In this document: piece by piece, positions 1 to 12,816 of the stretch
Layout: each line of letters opens with the position of its first letter
How positions within the stretch are numbered: the stretch's first letter is position 1
Assembly: GCF_006345805.1 (NCBI RefSeq)
Contig: NC_043002.1
Span: 93,310,001-93,374,000 of the forward strand
Length of the DNA: 64,000 bases
Direction of reading: 5' to 3'
Origin: Octopus sinensis
Lineage: Eukaryota
Made by a program: the position numbers and the translations under genes
The notes under the pieces: generated by a model
What the model saw: the letters and a program-made list of their open reading frames with translations, nothing else
What the model was told of the DNA's origin: nothing
Database searches by the model: none

Positions 1-23
1 GGACGTTAAACGACGATGATGAT

Positions 24-170
24 GTGTGTGTCTTTGAGTCTGTGTTTGTCTCCTAGCCATCGCTTGAGAACTGATGTTGGTGTGTTTGGTTCAGCAAAAG
101 AGACAATAGAACAAGTACTAGACTTACAAAGAATAAGTCCTAGGGTTGATTTGTGTGACTAAAAACCTTT
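24..170 (+). mobile_element. SINE family B, 3' part
   Basis: Matches the 3' half of B copies such as 50761-51183 (catcgcttga..gcaaaagagac..acttacaaagaataagtcct). Confidence 0.75.
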
Positions 171-201
171 AACAGAATATATATATATATATATATATAT
201 A

Positions 202-640
202 TCATCATCATCATTTAGCGTCCGTTTTCCATGCTAGCATGGGTTGGACGGTTTTAACTGGGGTCTGTGAAGCCGGAAGGCTTCATCAGGCCCAGTCAGA
301 TTTGGCAGTGTTTCTATGGCTGGATGCCCTTCCTAACGCCAACCACTCCATGAGTGTAGTGGGTGCTTTTTACGTGCTACCTGCACAGGTGCCAGACAGA
401 GCTGGCAAACGGCCACGAATGGATGGTGTTTTTACGTGCCACCGGCACGGGGGCCAGGCGAGGCTGGCAACGAACACGAGTGGATGGTGCTTTTACGTGC
501 CAACAACACGGGGGCCAGGCAAGGCTGGCAACGGACAAACGATCGGATGGTTTGCTTAACCACAGCTGCAATTTCCACTGATGTTGATTTGGTTTGATTT
601 TGACTGTTCTAACTAGTCTTGCCGGGTCTTCTCATGCACA
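202..640 (-). mobile_element. Family A: truncated RTE LINE 3' UTR copy
   Basis: (cat)n-ttagcgtccg..ccatgctagcatgg is the reverse complement of the LINE end near 61850-61899; ctagtcttgccgggtcttctc near 613-633 matches the LINE post-ORF sequence near 61121-61142. Confidence 0.85.
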
Positions 641-645
641 AAAAT

Positions 646-783
646 ATCAAATCCACTCACAAGGCTCTCATTGACCCAAGGCTATAGTAGAAGACATTTG
701 CCAAAGGTATCACGAAGAGGGTCTGAACCTGGAGCCATGTTGTTGGGAAACAAACTTCTTACCAAACAGCCACGCTTGCACCT
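646..783 (-). mobile_element. SINE family B, 5' head fragment
   Basis: aaatccactcacaaggc..gaagacatttgcc..gaacctggagccatg..cagccac is the reverse complement of the B head. Confidence 0.75.
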
Positions 784-1477
784 CTTACATCTATCTTAAA
801 TTTTCTCCACTCTAGAGACACCAATTGTCATTAATTCAATTTTATTTTCATATCCACACATAAGTCGACTCTTCAAACAGGATAAAATTTTTCGTGAAAT
901 GGGGGAGGGAGGCAGAAAGGATATCAAAAACCTCTTTATAAGTAAAGGTTTGTCCGTCTGTTTGTCTACCAGTCATCCATTTCTCTCATTAAAAAAGAAC
1001 ACAGAAAATTAAAACAGTAGAAACCATTATCACAGCTTGACTTAAAAATTGAAGTTATTTTTTATAATGTTTGAAAGTATGCTGTTATCTATTTTCTGTC
1101 TCTTTCTCTTTCGGGCAAATTTCTTTTCCCCGCTCTCTCTCTCTCTCTTATTCACACTCACAGACATAATACGCTCGACATCCATAAACATTCATTCATA
1201 TTTAACTGTTCATACAAAGTTTGTTCTGCCTCAATTCCCTTTCTTTTTAAAGTAATTTTTACAACAAATTATATCAAACCTATTTTTAAGTATGTCATAT
1301 TGATTTCAGATCTTACAATAAATAGTTATTTTACCTGTTATGTTCTGTCAACAGATCCATGTCTGTGTATGAGAGTTGGGTGTCATAAAAATTTTGTTTC
1401 TTTATTGTAACAATAACAAAAACAAAGAAAAAGTGAACGTTTCACTCAATTTTTTTTACTTTCTACTTAAACACGAA

Positions 1478-1659
1478 GAGTGGGGGGACCAGTCGATTAC
1501 ATCGACTTCAATACTCAACTGGTACTATTTTATTGACCCCCGAAAGAAGGAAAAGCAGAGTCAACCTTGACAGAATTTGAACTCGGAATGTAAATCCAGT
1601 AGAAATGCCTCTAAAAATTTTTATCCGATGTGCTAACGATTCTGCCAGCTAGCCACCTT
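1478..1659 (-). mobile_element. SINE family C
   Basis: Reverse complement of gagctggcagaatcgttagc, gagttcaaatt and the ccttc..ggggtc core. Confidence 0.75.
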
Positions 1660-1844
1660 TGTTTCGGTCAATTTTGGCCTCTTTTTCTCAGTTTAACAAT
1701 TACAATTTTTAAAATATTTTATCATAATGAAGAGCCAGTTCGACCCATAGACTGCAAAACTACGTCTTTATCATAAAAAATATATTTAACTAGCTGAAGG
1801 TGACTCGCTCTACGCGCGGTTAAGAGTGTGGTTGTTACTTTCTG

Positions 1845-2168
1845 TTGCTTCCTTTCAGCACGTAAAAAGCAACATCCGATCGTGACGGATTGCAGCGCCG
1901 CCTTGACTGGCTTCTGTGCTGGTGGCACATAAAAAGCACAAACCGATTGTGGCCGCTGCCAGCCCCTCTGGCACCTGTGCCGGCGGCACGAAAAAAGCAC
2001 CCACTACGCTCACAGAGTGGTTGGCGTTAGGAAGGGCATCCACCTGTAGAAACACTGCCAGATCAGACTGGAGCCTGGTGCAGCCTCCTGGCTTCCCAGA
2101 CCCCGGTCAAACTGTCCAACCCGTGCTAGCACGGAAAACGGACGTTAAACTATGATGATGATGATGAT
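1845..2168 (+). mobile_element. Family A copy nested in the Helitron
   Basis: gcacgtaaaaagca modules, cccactacgctcacagagtggttggcgttaggaagggcatcc, end cgtgctagcacggaaaacggacgttaaac(tga)n. Confidence 0.85.
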
Positions 2169-2714
2169 TCTCCCTCTTTGTTTCTCTCTCCTTTCTCTCT
2201 CACTTTCCCACTCTCTTACTTTTCTTTCTCTCGGACTCTCCCTAGCGTTCTCTTACTCTCTATCTTTATCTATCTCTCTCCCATTTATAAACAACAAAAG
2301 ATCTTGAGTAAGTTGAGAAATAAAATATTTAGAAAGATCAATCATAAATATCAGGCAGTGGCAACGGAAAGGTCTGCTTCAAGGCAGACAGCAAAACGCT
2401 AACGTTTAAAAGGGACAGACGAACTTGCGAGCTGAATAAAGATAATAAAATATTGGAAACCAAAGTTTGAAGGGATAGAATCTGAGGATAGTAGGGTCAC
2501 CATGGTTGGCATTTCTTAACGACGGACAGCAACGTATTGACAGTTTAACGGCTGGCGTAAAATTTTGAACTTGATATAAAAGAAAATTCGTAAACACCAA
2601 GTTTTGAAGTGATTCTTTCTCACGACAGTAGACTCACCATAGCAAGCATTCAAAACTTCTTCATCATGGACGGCAACACATACACGATTAAAAGGCTGGC
2701 GCAAATTTTTTAGC

Positions 2715-3659
2715 TTGATGTAACAGAGAATTCCTAAACACTCGCTCGTTTAAATTTTAATCCCCTTCCAGCCCCATTTAGACCCCTTTTCACATTTTGG
2801 TTAATATAACCCGATTTCATTCGGGTCTACTGGGGCCACATTTTATAAGATGAGGAATTTTATCCTAGAGGTCACGCCTTTCATTTGAGGAAAAAAATAG
2901 TTGTCATGCAAACTTGCCAGCACTTTTAACATAGGTGTGCATATTTTCAGCTCAACCGACCGACCACATAATGCACACATTATATATATATATATATATA
3001 TATGTATATGCGTGTCTGTGTGTGTGTGTGTGTGTGTGCACGCATTATATATACAAATGTATACAAATTATATATATATATATATATATGTATAAATTAA
3101 ATTAGAGATAAAATCACTAATAGGCAAATCAAACAGTGAAAAACCAAAAGCAAAAACATAAAAATAAAAATATAATATATAAAATATATAAAATATAAAA
3201 TTGAAAAATGTAAATTATTTAAATTTAAAAAAAAAAAAATTATATTTATAATTTGTTTAAAAATATATATAACTATGAAAAAGTATTAAAAAGTTTAATA
3301 TACATAAATACAGATATATACACTTTGTATATATACATTATATATATGTATTTATATATAGAACACACACACACACACATATATAAATGAACGCATTGAT
3401 GTAACAGAGAATTCATAAACACCCGCTCCTTTAAATTTTAATCCCCTTCCAGCCCCATTTAGACCCCTTTTCACATTTTGGTTAATATAACCCGATTTCA
3501 TTCGGGTCTACTGGGGCCACATTTTATAAGATGAGGAATTTTGTCCTAGAGGTCACGCCTTTCATTTGAGGAAAAAAATAGTTGTCATGCAAACTTGCCA
3601 GCACTTTTAACATAGGTGTGCATATTTTCAGCTCAACCGACCGACCACATAATGCACAC

Positions 3660-3694
<35 letters not shown>

Positions 3695-3699
3695 GCGTG

Positions 3700-3755
<56 letters not shown>

Positions 3756-4364
3756 ACGCATTATATATCAAATGTATACAAAGTATATATAATATATATA
3801 TATGTATAAATTAAATTAGAGATAAAATCACTAATAGGCAAATCAACAGTGAAAACCAAAAGCAAAACATAAAAATAAAAATATATATATAAAATAATAT
3901 AAAATATAAAATTGAAAAATGTAAATATATTTAAATTTAAAAAAAAAAAAATAATATTTATAATTGTTTAAAAATATATATAACTATGAAAAAGTATTAA
4001 AAAGTTTAATATACATAAATACAGATATATACACTTTGTATATATACATTATATATATGTATTATATATAGAACACACACACACACAAATATATAAATGA
4101 ACGCATTGATGTAACAGAGAATTCATAAACACCCGCTCCTTTAAATTTTAATCCCCTTCCAGCCCCATTTAGACCCCTTTTCACATTTTGGTTAATATAA
4201 CCCGATTTCATTCGGGTGTACTGGGGCCACATTTTATGAGAAGAGGAATTTTGTCCTAGAAGTAACGCATTTCATTTGAGGAAAAATAATAGTTGTCATG
4301 CAAACTTGCCAGCACTTTTAACATAGGTGTGCATATTTTCAGCTCAACCGACCGACCACATAAT

Positions 4365-4425
<61 letters not shown>

Positions 4426-4446
4426 GTTGTGTGTGTGTGTGTGTGT
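2715..4446. repeat. Tandem array of about 680-710-bp units (2.5 copies) containing microsatellites
   Basis: ttgatgtaacagagaattc starts units at 2715, 3396 and 4106; a further partial unit lies at about 4955-5195. Confidence 0.9.
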
Positions 4447-5153
4447 GGAGTCTCTCTCATACGTGAGCGTTGACACTGAATTCGACTGGTAAGCAGGTAA
4501 CCTTGTCTTTTGTTGAATAGTTGTGAGCTGCTGTAGTTATTTCTCTGACGGGTAATAGGAATTTCCATATCCTCCGAGGAAACGAACTGTCATGTTGTTA
4601 GTTGTCAGAAGTGAAAGTACGTCAAGGTTTATACCTTCGTTAATTTACGCCGTTTATTTACGTACCACCACGCTGTTAGGTTTATAAAACAATTGAAGTT
4701 CAGTTTATAAATAAATACATTTAATTCCCCATTATAGTAATATTTGTCTGTTGAAATCCGTTTTAAGGCGGTCAATAGTTTAATTAAAGATGTGTCTATA
4801 CATGTATATATATATATACATATGTATATATACATGTGTATACATATATATTTATACATGTGTATATATACATGTGTATACATATATATATACACGTGTA
4901 TATTTCTAAGGTAGCCCACGGGCATCGTCACCTCATTTTACATGTTCCTGTAAATTTTAAAAATATAATATAGAAAATATATAAAATTGAAAAATTTAAA
5001 TTATTTAAATTTAAAATAAAAATTATTAAATTATATTTATAATTTGTTTAAAAATATATATAACTATCAAAAAGTATTAAAAAGTTTAATATACATAAAT
5101 ACAGATATATACACTTTGTATATATACATTATATATACATATTTATATATCGA

Positions 5154-5184
<31 letters not shown>

Positions 5185-5820
5185 AATGAACGCAATGAAT
5201 ATCTGATTCATAATATTTGTTCTCATGATTGTGTGTTCGTGGTGGCATGTGGCGATGATAATTCTCCCTATGAATGCAGACAGATACATCAAAGAACGCC
5301 GTCTGACGAACTTTACATTAAATAACGAGAGTGGAATTGTCAAAGTTATACATGAAGGGGAGTTAGGGGGGAATGGAGGAAATAGCGTGAGTGAGGAAGA
5401 TGGCCCCTAGCAACCACACCTTTTAAGATAGGGTTTTCTAAGGTAGCCCACAGGCATCGTCACCTCATTCTACATGTCCCTGTAAATTTTGGAGCGAATC
5501 GGACGGGACGTAGTGGCATTGAAAGCGATCCAAGCGGTAAAAACGCATTTCAGTTTTATATATAGAGAAGAGATTACCAGTAAGCTAGCTACTGAATGAA
5601 TCTGTAGCGTAGCTCGGTGACATCCTCACTGTTTGAGAGAGATCATAGAGATGATGTCATGTTAGATAGCAATCATCTTTCAGCTGCTTATTATCGTGAG
5701 ATAATAAAGGGAAGAAAAAAAAATTACTTGTGTACTTCACATGGAAAGTTAAAAATGACTGGCATGGAAAGCTTAAGAGAAAAGAAACTCTTGTTTTAAA
5801 GTTTAAAATATTTAGGTACT

Positions 5821-6105
5821 GACATGGCTGTGTGGTTAAGAAGCTCTCTTTGCAACCACACAGTTTCAGGCTCAGTCCACTACCCTGAGCTGACCAATAC
5901 TTCATGTGTAAATTTGGCTAATGGAAACTGTGTGGAAACCTATCACATGTGTGTGCATGTCTTTGTGTTTGTCCCTCTCCCACATTGCTTGACGACTAGT
6001 AATAGTTTATTTACATCCCTGAACTAGTGGTTCAGCAAAAGGGATCAATAGTGCTGCAGTTGATTTGTCTGTTTAAACCTAGAAATGGGTTTAAAGGATG
6101 GGTCT
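5821..6105 (+). mobile_element. SINE family B, degenerate
   Basis: tggctgtgtggttaagaagctc..ggctcagtccac head; ggttcagcaaaag tail part. Confidence 0.65.
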
Positions 6106-6149
6106 AATGACCAAAAAAAAAAAAAATTAATGACTAATTTTCTGTATCT

Positions 6150-6512
6150 TGTTTACTTGTTTCATTCGTTGGATTGTACCCATACTGGGGCACTGCCTTG
6201 CAGAATATTTTAGCCAAATGAATCAACCCCAGTACTCTTTTGCCAAACTGCTAAGTTACAGGGATGTAAACACACCAGCACTGGTTGTCAAGCTGTGGTG
6301 GGAGACATCTACTGACACAAAGACACACACGCACCTACATATGATGGGCATGGGCTTTTTCAGTCCATCTACTATATCCACTCACAAAGCTTTGGTCAGC
6401 CCGAGGTTATAGTAGCAGACACTTGCCCTAGCTGTCACACAGTGGGACTGAACTCAGAACCATGTGGTTGGGAAGGAAGTTTCTTACCACGCAACCATGC
6501 CTGTGCCTATAT
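6150..6512 (-). mobile_element. SINE family B, degenerate
   Basis: tttacttgtttcatt tail (rc), gtaaacacaccagca, gggactgaactcagaaccatgtgg head (rc). Confidence 0.7.
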
Positions 6513-6534
6513 GCTTACCTTATTTTATTAATCT

Positions 6535-6953
6535 GGCACCCGGCAGATGCCAGGACCCCTGGACTGGAGATACGTAAAAAGCACTATCCGAATCGTGGCC
6601 GATGCCAGCACCACCTCGACTGGCTTCCGTGTCGGTGGCACGTAAAAAGCACCATCCGAATCGTGGCCAAAGCCAGTGCCGCCTCGACTGGCTTCCGTGC
6701 AGGTGGCACGTAAAATGCACCAATCCGTCCATGGCCGATGCCAGCCTCGCCTGGCACCAGTGCAGGTGGCACGTAAAAAGCACCCACTACACTCACGGAG
6801 TGGTTGGCATTAGGAAGGGCATCCAGCTGTAGAAACATTGCCAGATAAGACTGGAGCCTGGTGCAGCCTTCTGGCTTCCCAGATCCCCGGTCGAACCGTC
6901 CAACCCATGCTAGCATGGAGAACGGACGTTAAACGATGATGATGATGATGATA
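6535..6953 (+). mobile_element. Family A copy with about four 3' UTR repeat modules
   Basis: Repeated ggcacgtaaaaagcacca units, then the standard tail ending ccatgctagcatggagaacggacgttaaac(gat)n. Confidence 0.9.
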
Positions 6954-7562
6954 TTTGTATAACAAAAATATGAATGATACATTTTCCTATATGTTTGATA
7001 TTCCAACACATGGGGGGGAAAAATCTGCCATGCATCTATATATGCCTATGGTACATGGTTCCAGAATCATTGGTCTAAATCAGTCATGGATAAACTGCAG
7101 CTTACATGACTTTCTGAATGGTGCACCTAATGAAAAATGACTTTGAATTTCTTTTTGTAGTCCAGTCTACATGACGATCATCCATGTGTCATGTGACCTG
7201 CTTCTCAAGAAAGGTTGCCTATGCCTGGTCTAAATGTTTCATTTATTACATCTTTCTGTTTGTGTTACCTCTCCAGCTGCTGATCTGCTTAACATTGTAT
7301 AACTGGACCATAATTACCTTAATCTCAATTATCCTTTATGTAGGTGAGCGTTCCCAAAGCCGTCTTAGCAGCATCATAGGGCTGTGGGCAAATCAATGTA
7401 CTGGGCCCTATATTTGTTGACAGCAAGCCACATCATACATAGATTAGAATTGGACTTGTAGACCTCTGGGGTCGCCAGACAACTACCTAGTCTGTCAATG
7501 CCTTAAGACTGCAGTGGGCATTCCTCCATTCTCTCTCATGTATAAGGTTAATTTTTAAAAAT

Positions 7563-7565
7563 GCA

Positions 7566-7601
<36 letters not shown>

Positions 7602-7668
7602 GCTATTATTACTGCTACTGCTGCCGCCACCGCTACTGCCACCATTACTTTCACTGTAGCTGCTGCTG

Positions 7669-7704
<36 letters not shown>

Positions 7705-7770
7705 TTGTTATTGCTGCTACTGCTGCCGCCACCGCTACTGCCACCATTACTTTCACTGTAGCTGCTGCTG

Positions 7771-7813
<43 letters not shown>

Positions 7814-7942
7814 CACCACCACCACCACCACCACTACTACTACTGCTGCTGCCGTCACCGCTACTGCCACCATTACTTTCACTGTAGCTGCTGCTGCTGC
7901 TGCTGCTACTACTACTACTACTACTACTACTACAGTTGTATC
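7563..7942. repeat. Compound (CTA)n/(CCA)n/(CTG)n microsatellite with a thrice-repeated 50-bp spacer
   Basis: gcc(g)ccaccgctactgccaccattactttcactgtagctgctgct recurs three times between triplet runs. Confidence 0.9.
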
Positions 7943-9429
7943 TTTAACCATGGGAATGTCTGTTCAGAAGATAACTTTTCTCAAAATGTACCGACAGAGA
8001 CAAGAGTTTCATTTCTCTAAATATGCAGTTGAACTTCATAAATTACTGGCATTTTCCTTTATCAACTGCAGAAAGATAAACCAGAGGATTTGAACGGGAA
8101 ATGCCCAAACTTACAGGAAATATATATTTGGAGTTAAGGACATAAATAGAATTTTATTTTTTACCACACAGCTAAATAGATGAATCAGTTTAAATAATGC
8201 ACTCCTAGAAGCCATATCCTCAATCCTAACTTATGTGTCATTATATATAGTTTTACTAAGTTTCTGGTTTTAACCAGTTTTAGCATTAGTCATCCTGGGG
8301 TACTGTTATTTACTGGGCATATTTCAAGCCAGGTATCAACTATGTCAGTTTCTCCAGTATGGAATGATCAGCAAGGACTTAGATATATATGCTCCAAGAT
8401 GAGACGGATTTCTTTCATTTTTTATTCATATTCATTAGGAAACGGAACCATAAAAATACTATTAAAAGTAGAATCAGAGGAAATTACTGTTAGTCTGTGT
8501 CAGCAAATAAAAGGATCACAAACTGAAATAAACAATTTTGCAATGAGGAAGAGAAATCTAACATTTTAGACTGAACTTTCTGTGGGGGAAGAATGAATTT
8601 ATTTTCTTTTAACAATGTTATCTAGTTATTCGGCACTATTAGTAAACATTTTATCTTGCTGCTTGAAATCTTACACTCCTCTTCTTCCTTACAATGAACT
8701 AATTTATTCTATTTTATGAACTTTTAATAAAACTAATGTTATCATAGAAATTGTACCAAGTTTTAAATTCTAGAACACCCTGCTTGATTTGTTAGTTGAT
8801 AATTAAATCAGTATAATCTAAACAAAAATGAGCTGAGAGAAATATCTTAGCTGGAAGTGGCCAGTATATAAACAACAGACAAATAAAGGTATCTCAAATA
8901 CTATACAACATGAATATGTGATTTATGAAAATTATCCCTGCCTCCAGAGGATATCTCACAATTACTAAATCGCAATTAAGACCAACTCCACTTGAGGATG
9001 GGAGATAATCTCAAGAATCAAGACTCCTACAAAGTTGATACACCATTAAGGGAAAGGATAGGCTTCGTTGTTATTTTATCATTAAATTGTTAATTAAGGT
9101 AGCATACTGATAACTGATAATTCAGGGCACCCTGTAATGATGGCATTCATTCTGGGCTAAAGAAACTTAAAATCATAGCAATACTCATTATTGAAAATGA
9201 AATGAGAAATATATTTACAATCTTCTACAGAATGTATTGGTTCCATATTGACGAACCTCTGAAAGAAAACACAAATAAAGTAAAAGCTAAATACGATTTT
9301 TATTCAGACAACAAAATTCAAAAAAGACTCCATGATAAGATTTATTCAAAGTGTCCAAAGAAAAAGAACAGAAAATCCTATATCACCATTAGTAGTTTTC
9401 TGTGTTCAAGAATTTCAGTTTCTCTCTGT

Positions 9430-10268
9430 TGGAGGACATATTAGTTTCAAATTTGGCACAAGGCCAGCAAATTTGGGGGAAGAGGATCAATTACATCAAC
9501 CCCTGTGTTCAACTGGTATTTATTGGCGGAATTTATTAAAAGGATGAAAGTCAAAGTCAACCTCATTGGAATTTGAACTCAGAATGTAAAGATGGTCAAA
9601 ATGCTGCCATGCATTTTACCTGGCCTGCTAACGATTCTGTCAGGTTGTTGCCTTGAAAAAGTGAGATGCTTACTTTGCCTATCATCCTTTAGGGGTCGAT
9701 AAATTAAGTACCAGTGAAACACTGGGATCGATACAATCAACTAGTCCTCTCCCCCAAAATTTCAGGCTTTATGGCTATAGTAAGAAAAGGATTATTATTG
9801 GTGGTAGTAGTAAGCTGGTGATCTGGCAGAATCGTTAGCATACTGAGCAAAACGTTTAGCAGTATTTCGTCTGTCTTTATGTTCTGAGTTCAAATTCCGC
9901 TAGGGTTGACTTAGCCTTTCATCTTTTAGGGGTCGATAAAATAAGCACCAGTTGAACACTGGGGTCGATTCAATCGATTTAACCCCTCCCCCAAAACTGC
10001 TGGCCTTGTACCAAAATTTGAAACCATTATTATTAGTAGTAGTTTTAAGGCAGCAAGCCGGCAGAATTGTTAGCACACTGGATGAAATGCTTAATGGTAT
10101 TTCGCCCATCGCAACAATTGTGAGTTCAGATTCCACTGAAGTCGACTTTGCCTTTCATCCTTTTGGGTCGATAAATTAAGTACCAGTTATTCACAGGGGT
10201 CGATGTAATTGACTTGCCCCTCCCCCACAATTTCAGGCCTTATGCCTATAATAGAAAGGATTATTAGT
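9430..10268. mobile_element. Cluster of SINE family C copies (one minus, several plus or partial)
   Basis: Core gcctttcatc(c)ttt..ggggtcgataaa..aagtaccag recurs near 9676, 9916 and 10148, with a reverse copy at about 9440-9655. Confidence 0.8.
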
Positions 10269-10364
10269 AGTAGTTTGTTGAAGTTCTTTCATCACACATT
10301 CTGTGACCTCTTCAGCAACTTTCTGTCCTGTGTATCTATGATCTTGTCTATTCTATTTTGTTTT

Positions 10365-10410
<46 letters not shown>

Positions 10411-10459
10411 TATATATATATAAGAGAGAGATTCTGTCTGTTTGTGTATTTGTTTGTCC

Positions 10460-10735
10460 CATAAAATGAAAGTAAATGGTTCAAGGGAGGCATTGGTATT
10501 TGTGCACAAACCTATGATGAACTGCATTGTGGCAAATATTCTCACTGATTGTGGTAAACGTGACACCATCTTTGTTCCTCGCATACCAGTTATACCATCT
10601 AATGTCCCATTCCAATTTAAGCTCTTACAGTTTCCTATCCCACTTTCTTTTGCCATGAGTATTAATAAAAGTCAGGACCAAACACTAAAAGTTGCTGGAT
10701 CGCAACTTGAAGAACAAACAGAAATTTGTATATGA
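10460..10735 (+). pseudogene. Helitron RepHel Pif1-like helicase fragment
   Basis: Translation ANILTDCGKRDTIFVPRIPVIPSNVPFQFKLLQFPIPLSFAMSINKSQDQTLKVAG matches the Helitron/Pif1 QFP..FAM.INKSQGQ motif. Confidence 0.85.
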
Positions 10736-11344
10736 AATCCATCATTTTTCTACTTCAATTATTACATGTTTTTCTCTTATATAATACGCACATGACAGGA
10801 CACAGCATTTGTAAATTCATTGGACTATTACTTACTGTTGCCTTGCCTTCCATTCCTGTAATATAGTGTCAGAATTTCTGCACTAACATTGACAGGACAC
10901 AGCATTTGTAATTTCATTTCACTATCACTTACTGATATTCCTAAAAAAAAAATGTCTCCTAAAAACAGACTGTCAAAAAACAAACACCAAACATACGCAC
11001 GACCTGCAGTGGAAAATGAAGATGAGACATTCACAAACCCAAATCTGTAGTTGTAGTCTCACCTTGGTTCAAATTTGAAACCAAATCTTTCAGTTCTCTT
11101 TAAGCATACGGTCTATTCAAATGTCAAAAGAGACCGTGACAAACAGGTTTTCTATTTCACCTGTGACCTTCTCAGTGCCATCTCACAGTCACCTGGATAA
11201 AGCTATTCTCCTATATGATATAGCTATTCTTCTAGCTTCATTCACAATATACCACCTATTCAAATGTCAAAAGGAACAGTAACAAATAGATGTTCTACTG
11301 AAAAGACTGTCAAAAAACAAACATCAAACAAACATATGATGCAC

Positions 11345-11565
11345 AATGCTTTTTCTATACCTCCTATTATGCTATTGCCTAATTTGTCTCAACAAAAATT
11401 ATGCAATGGTACAACACTAATTGTGCACAAACTTAGGAGGAACTGCATTGAGGCAAATATTCTCACTGGGTGTGGTAAATGTGACACCGTCTTCCTTTCT
11501 TGCATACCAGTTATATTATCTGATGTCCCATTCAAATTGAAGCCCTTGCAGTTTCCTGTACTGCG
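11345..11565 (+). pseudogene. Second Helitron helicase fragment
   Basis: PIMLLPNLSQQKLCNGTTLIVHKLRRNCIEANILTGCGKCDTVFLSCIPVILSDVPFKLKPLQFPV matches the PIMLLRNL..LCNGT..QFPV pattern. Confidence 0.85.
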
Positions 11566-12816
11566 AGTGTTTATATATATATATATTGCAAATAAGAAAA
11601 TGGAGAAGCACATTAGTTGGTTCATCAACTTTAGGATATTAAAATATTGACTTATTTATTTATCAAAACAACCACCATAATAACATACATATAGTATATT
11701 ATTCAATGCATATAAGATAAGAATACAAGTAGTTATTGAAAAACACGAATATATGTAGAGAGAACCAAATAGGTTTAGTGAAAGATTTATTGATATGTTA
11801 ACTTATGTGTCTGTGTGTGTGTGTTATGTATACAGAATAACAGACAGGCCGTTATGAGAACAAAGTGTATGTGCATGGATGTATGCATGTGCTACATATA
11901 AGAACAGCAATAAGGTAGAAAGTGAGTCTATAACGAGAAGTAGATGAATGTTCATAGACACAAGAATGAGAAATACCAGTTCGTAGTCAATTGTACACGG
12001 TAATAGAAATACGTATCAAGAAGTTGTGGTGATGATGCAGAGCTGGTTGCAATACGTGTCATATGAAGTTGTGGCTGTAATGCTGCTGCCTGGGTTACTT
12101 GTACAGGAGTTCTCGCAGGTTGTATATTTGCTGTTAACTATGGTGAAGCAATTCACGAACAGTGCTATATTAGAACCTGTGCAGTGTTGCTGGTTAAGCT
12201 ATGTACTTAGAGATGTTGTTGGCGTTGTTAAGAAGATGGTAGCAATGAAGAAAGAGATTGCTGTAATATTGTTGGACGAGTGTTGTCATCTGGCTTGCAG
12301 GTCGTACATTTGCTGTTGATCCAGGGTAAAGTAATTCATGAACAGTGCTGTGTTGAAACCCAAGCGTCTGGCGTTGTCGCTGGAACTAGCTGTGTCTTGT
12401 GTGGTCAATGGCTAGACCTTAGAAGGTCTGGAACCAAAGACCTCGAGATGAGAAGATGAGTTTTTATAATGAATAGTAGGCTCAATGCGGTTGTGAACAG
12501 GCTGTCTCACGTGATCTTATTTAGAGCTCTGCTCAGTTATACGCTGCAGACTGGCGCGACAGAGTAAGAGAACAAATTGCGCCAATACCAACCAATCAGA
12601 GCAGTGGACACAATGGGATCTAAATAGTGGCCAAAGGTTAGCTGTTATCTACTATGTTCGTATGTACGTATATATAATAAACTGGGGAAGAATTTCACTC
12701 AAGTATATGCTACAAGCTCTTTTTATAAACTGCAATGTTGGTGCTCCTCTTTGCTTGTTGGTTGATGTATTCGATGTCGGAGTGGGGATGTGCTATAGCA
12801 GTTAGTTAACGTTTGG

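Larger units (their letters stand above)
1790..5573 (-). mobile_element. Non-autonomous Helitron with internal tandem array
   Basis: On the minus strand: 5' A|TCTCTTCTCTATATATAAAAC at 5573, and 3' imperfect GC hairpin followed by CTAG|T at 1790. The 5' motif resembles the Helitrons at 45163 and 46288. Confidence 0.55.

Noticed and set aside
7487-7951. 154-aa poly-Val/Ala ORF and similar ORFs at 23707-24105 and 40155-40559
   Set aside because: These are translations of microsatellites.
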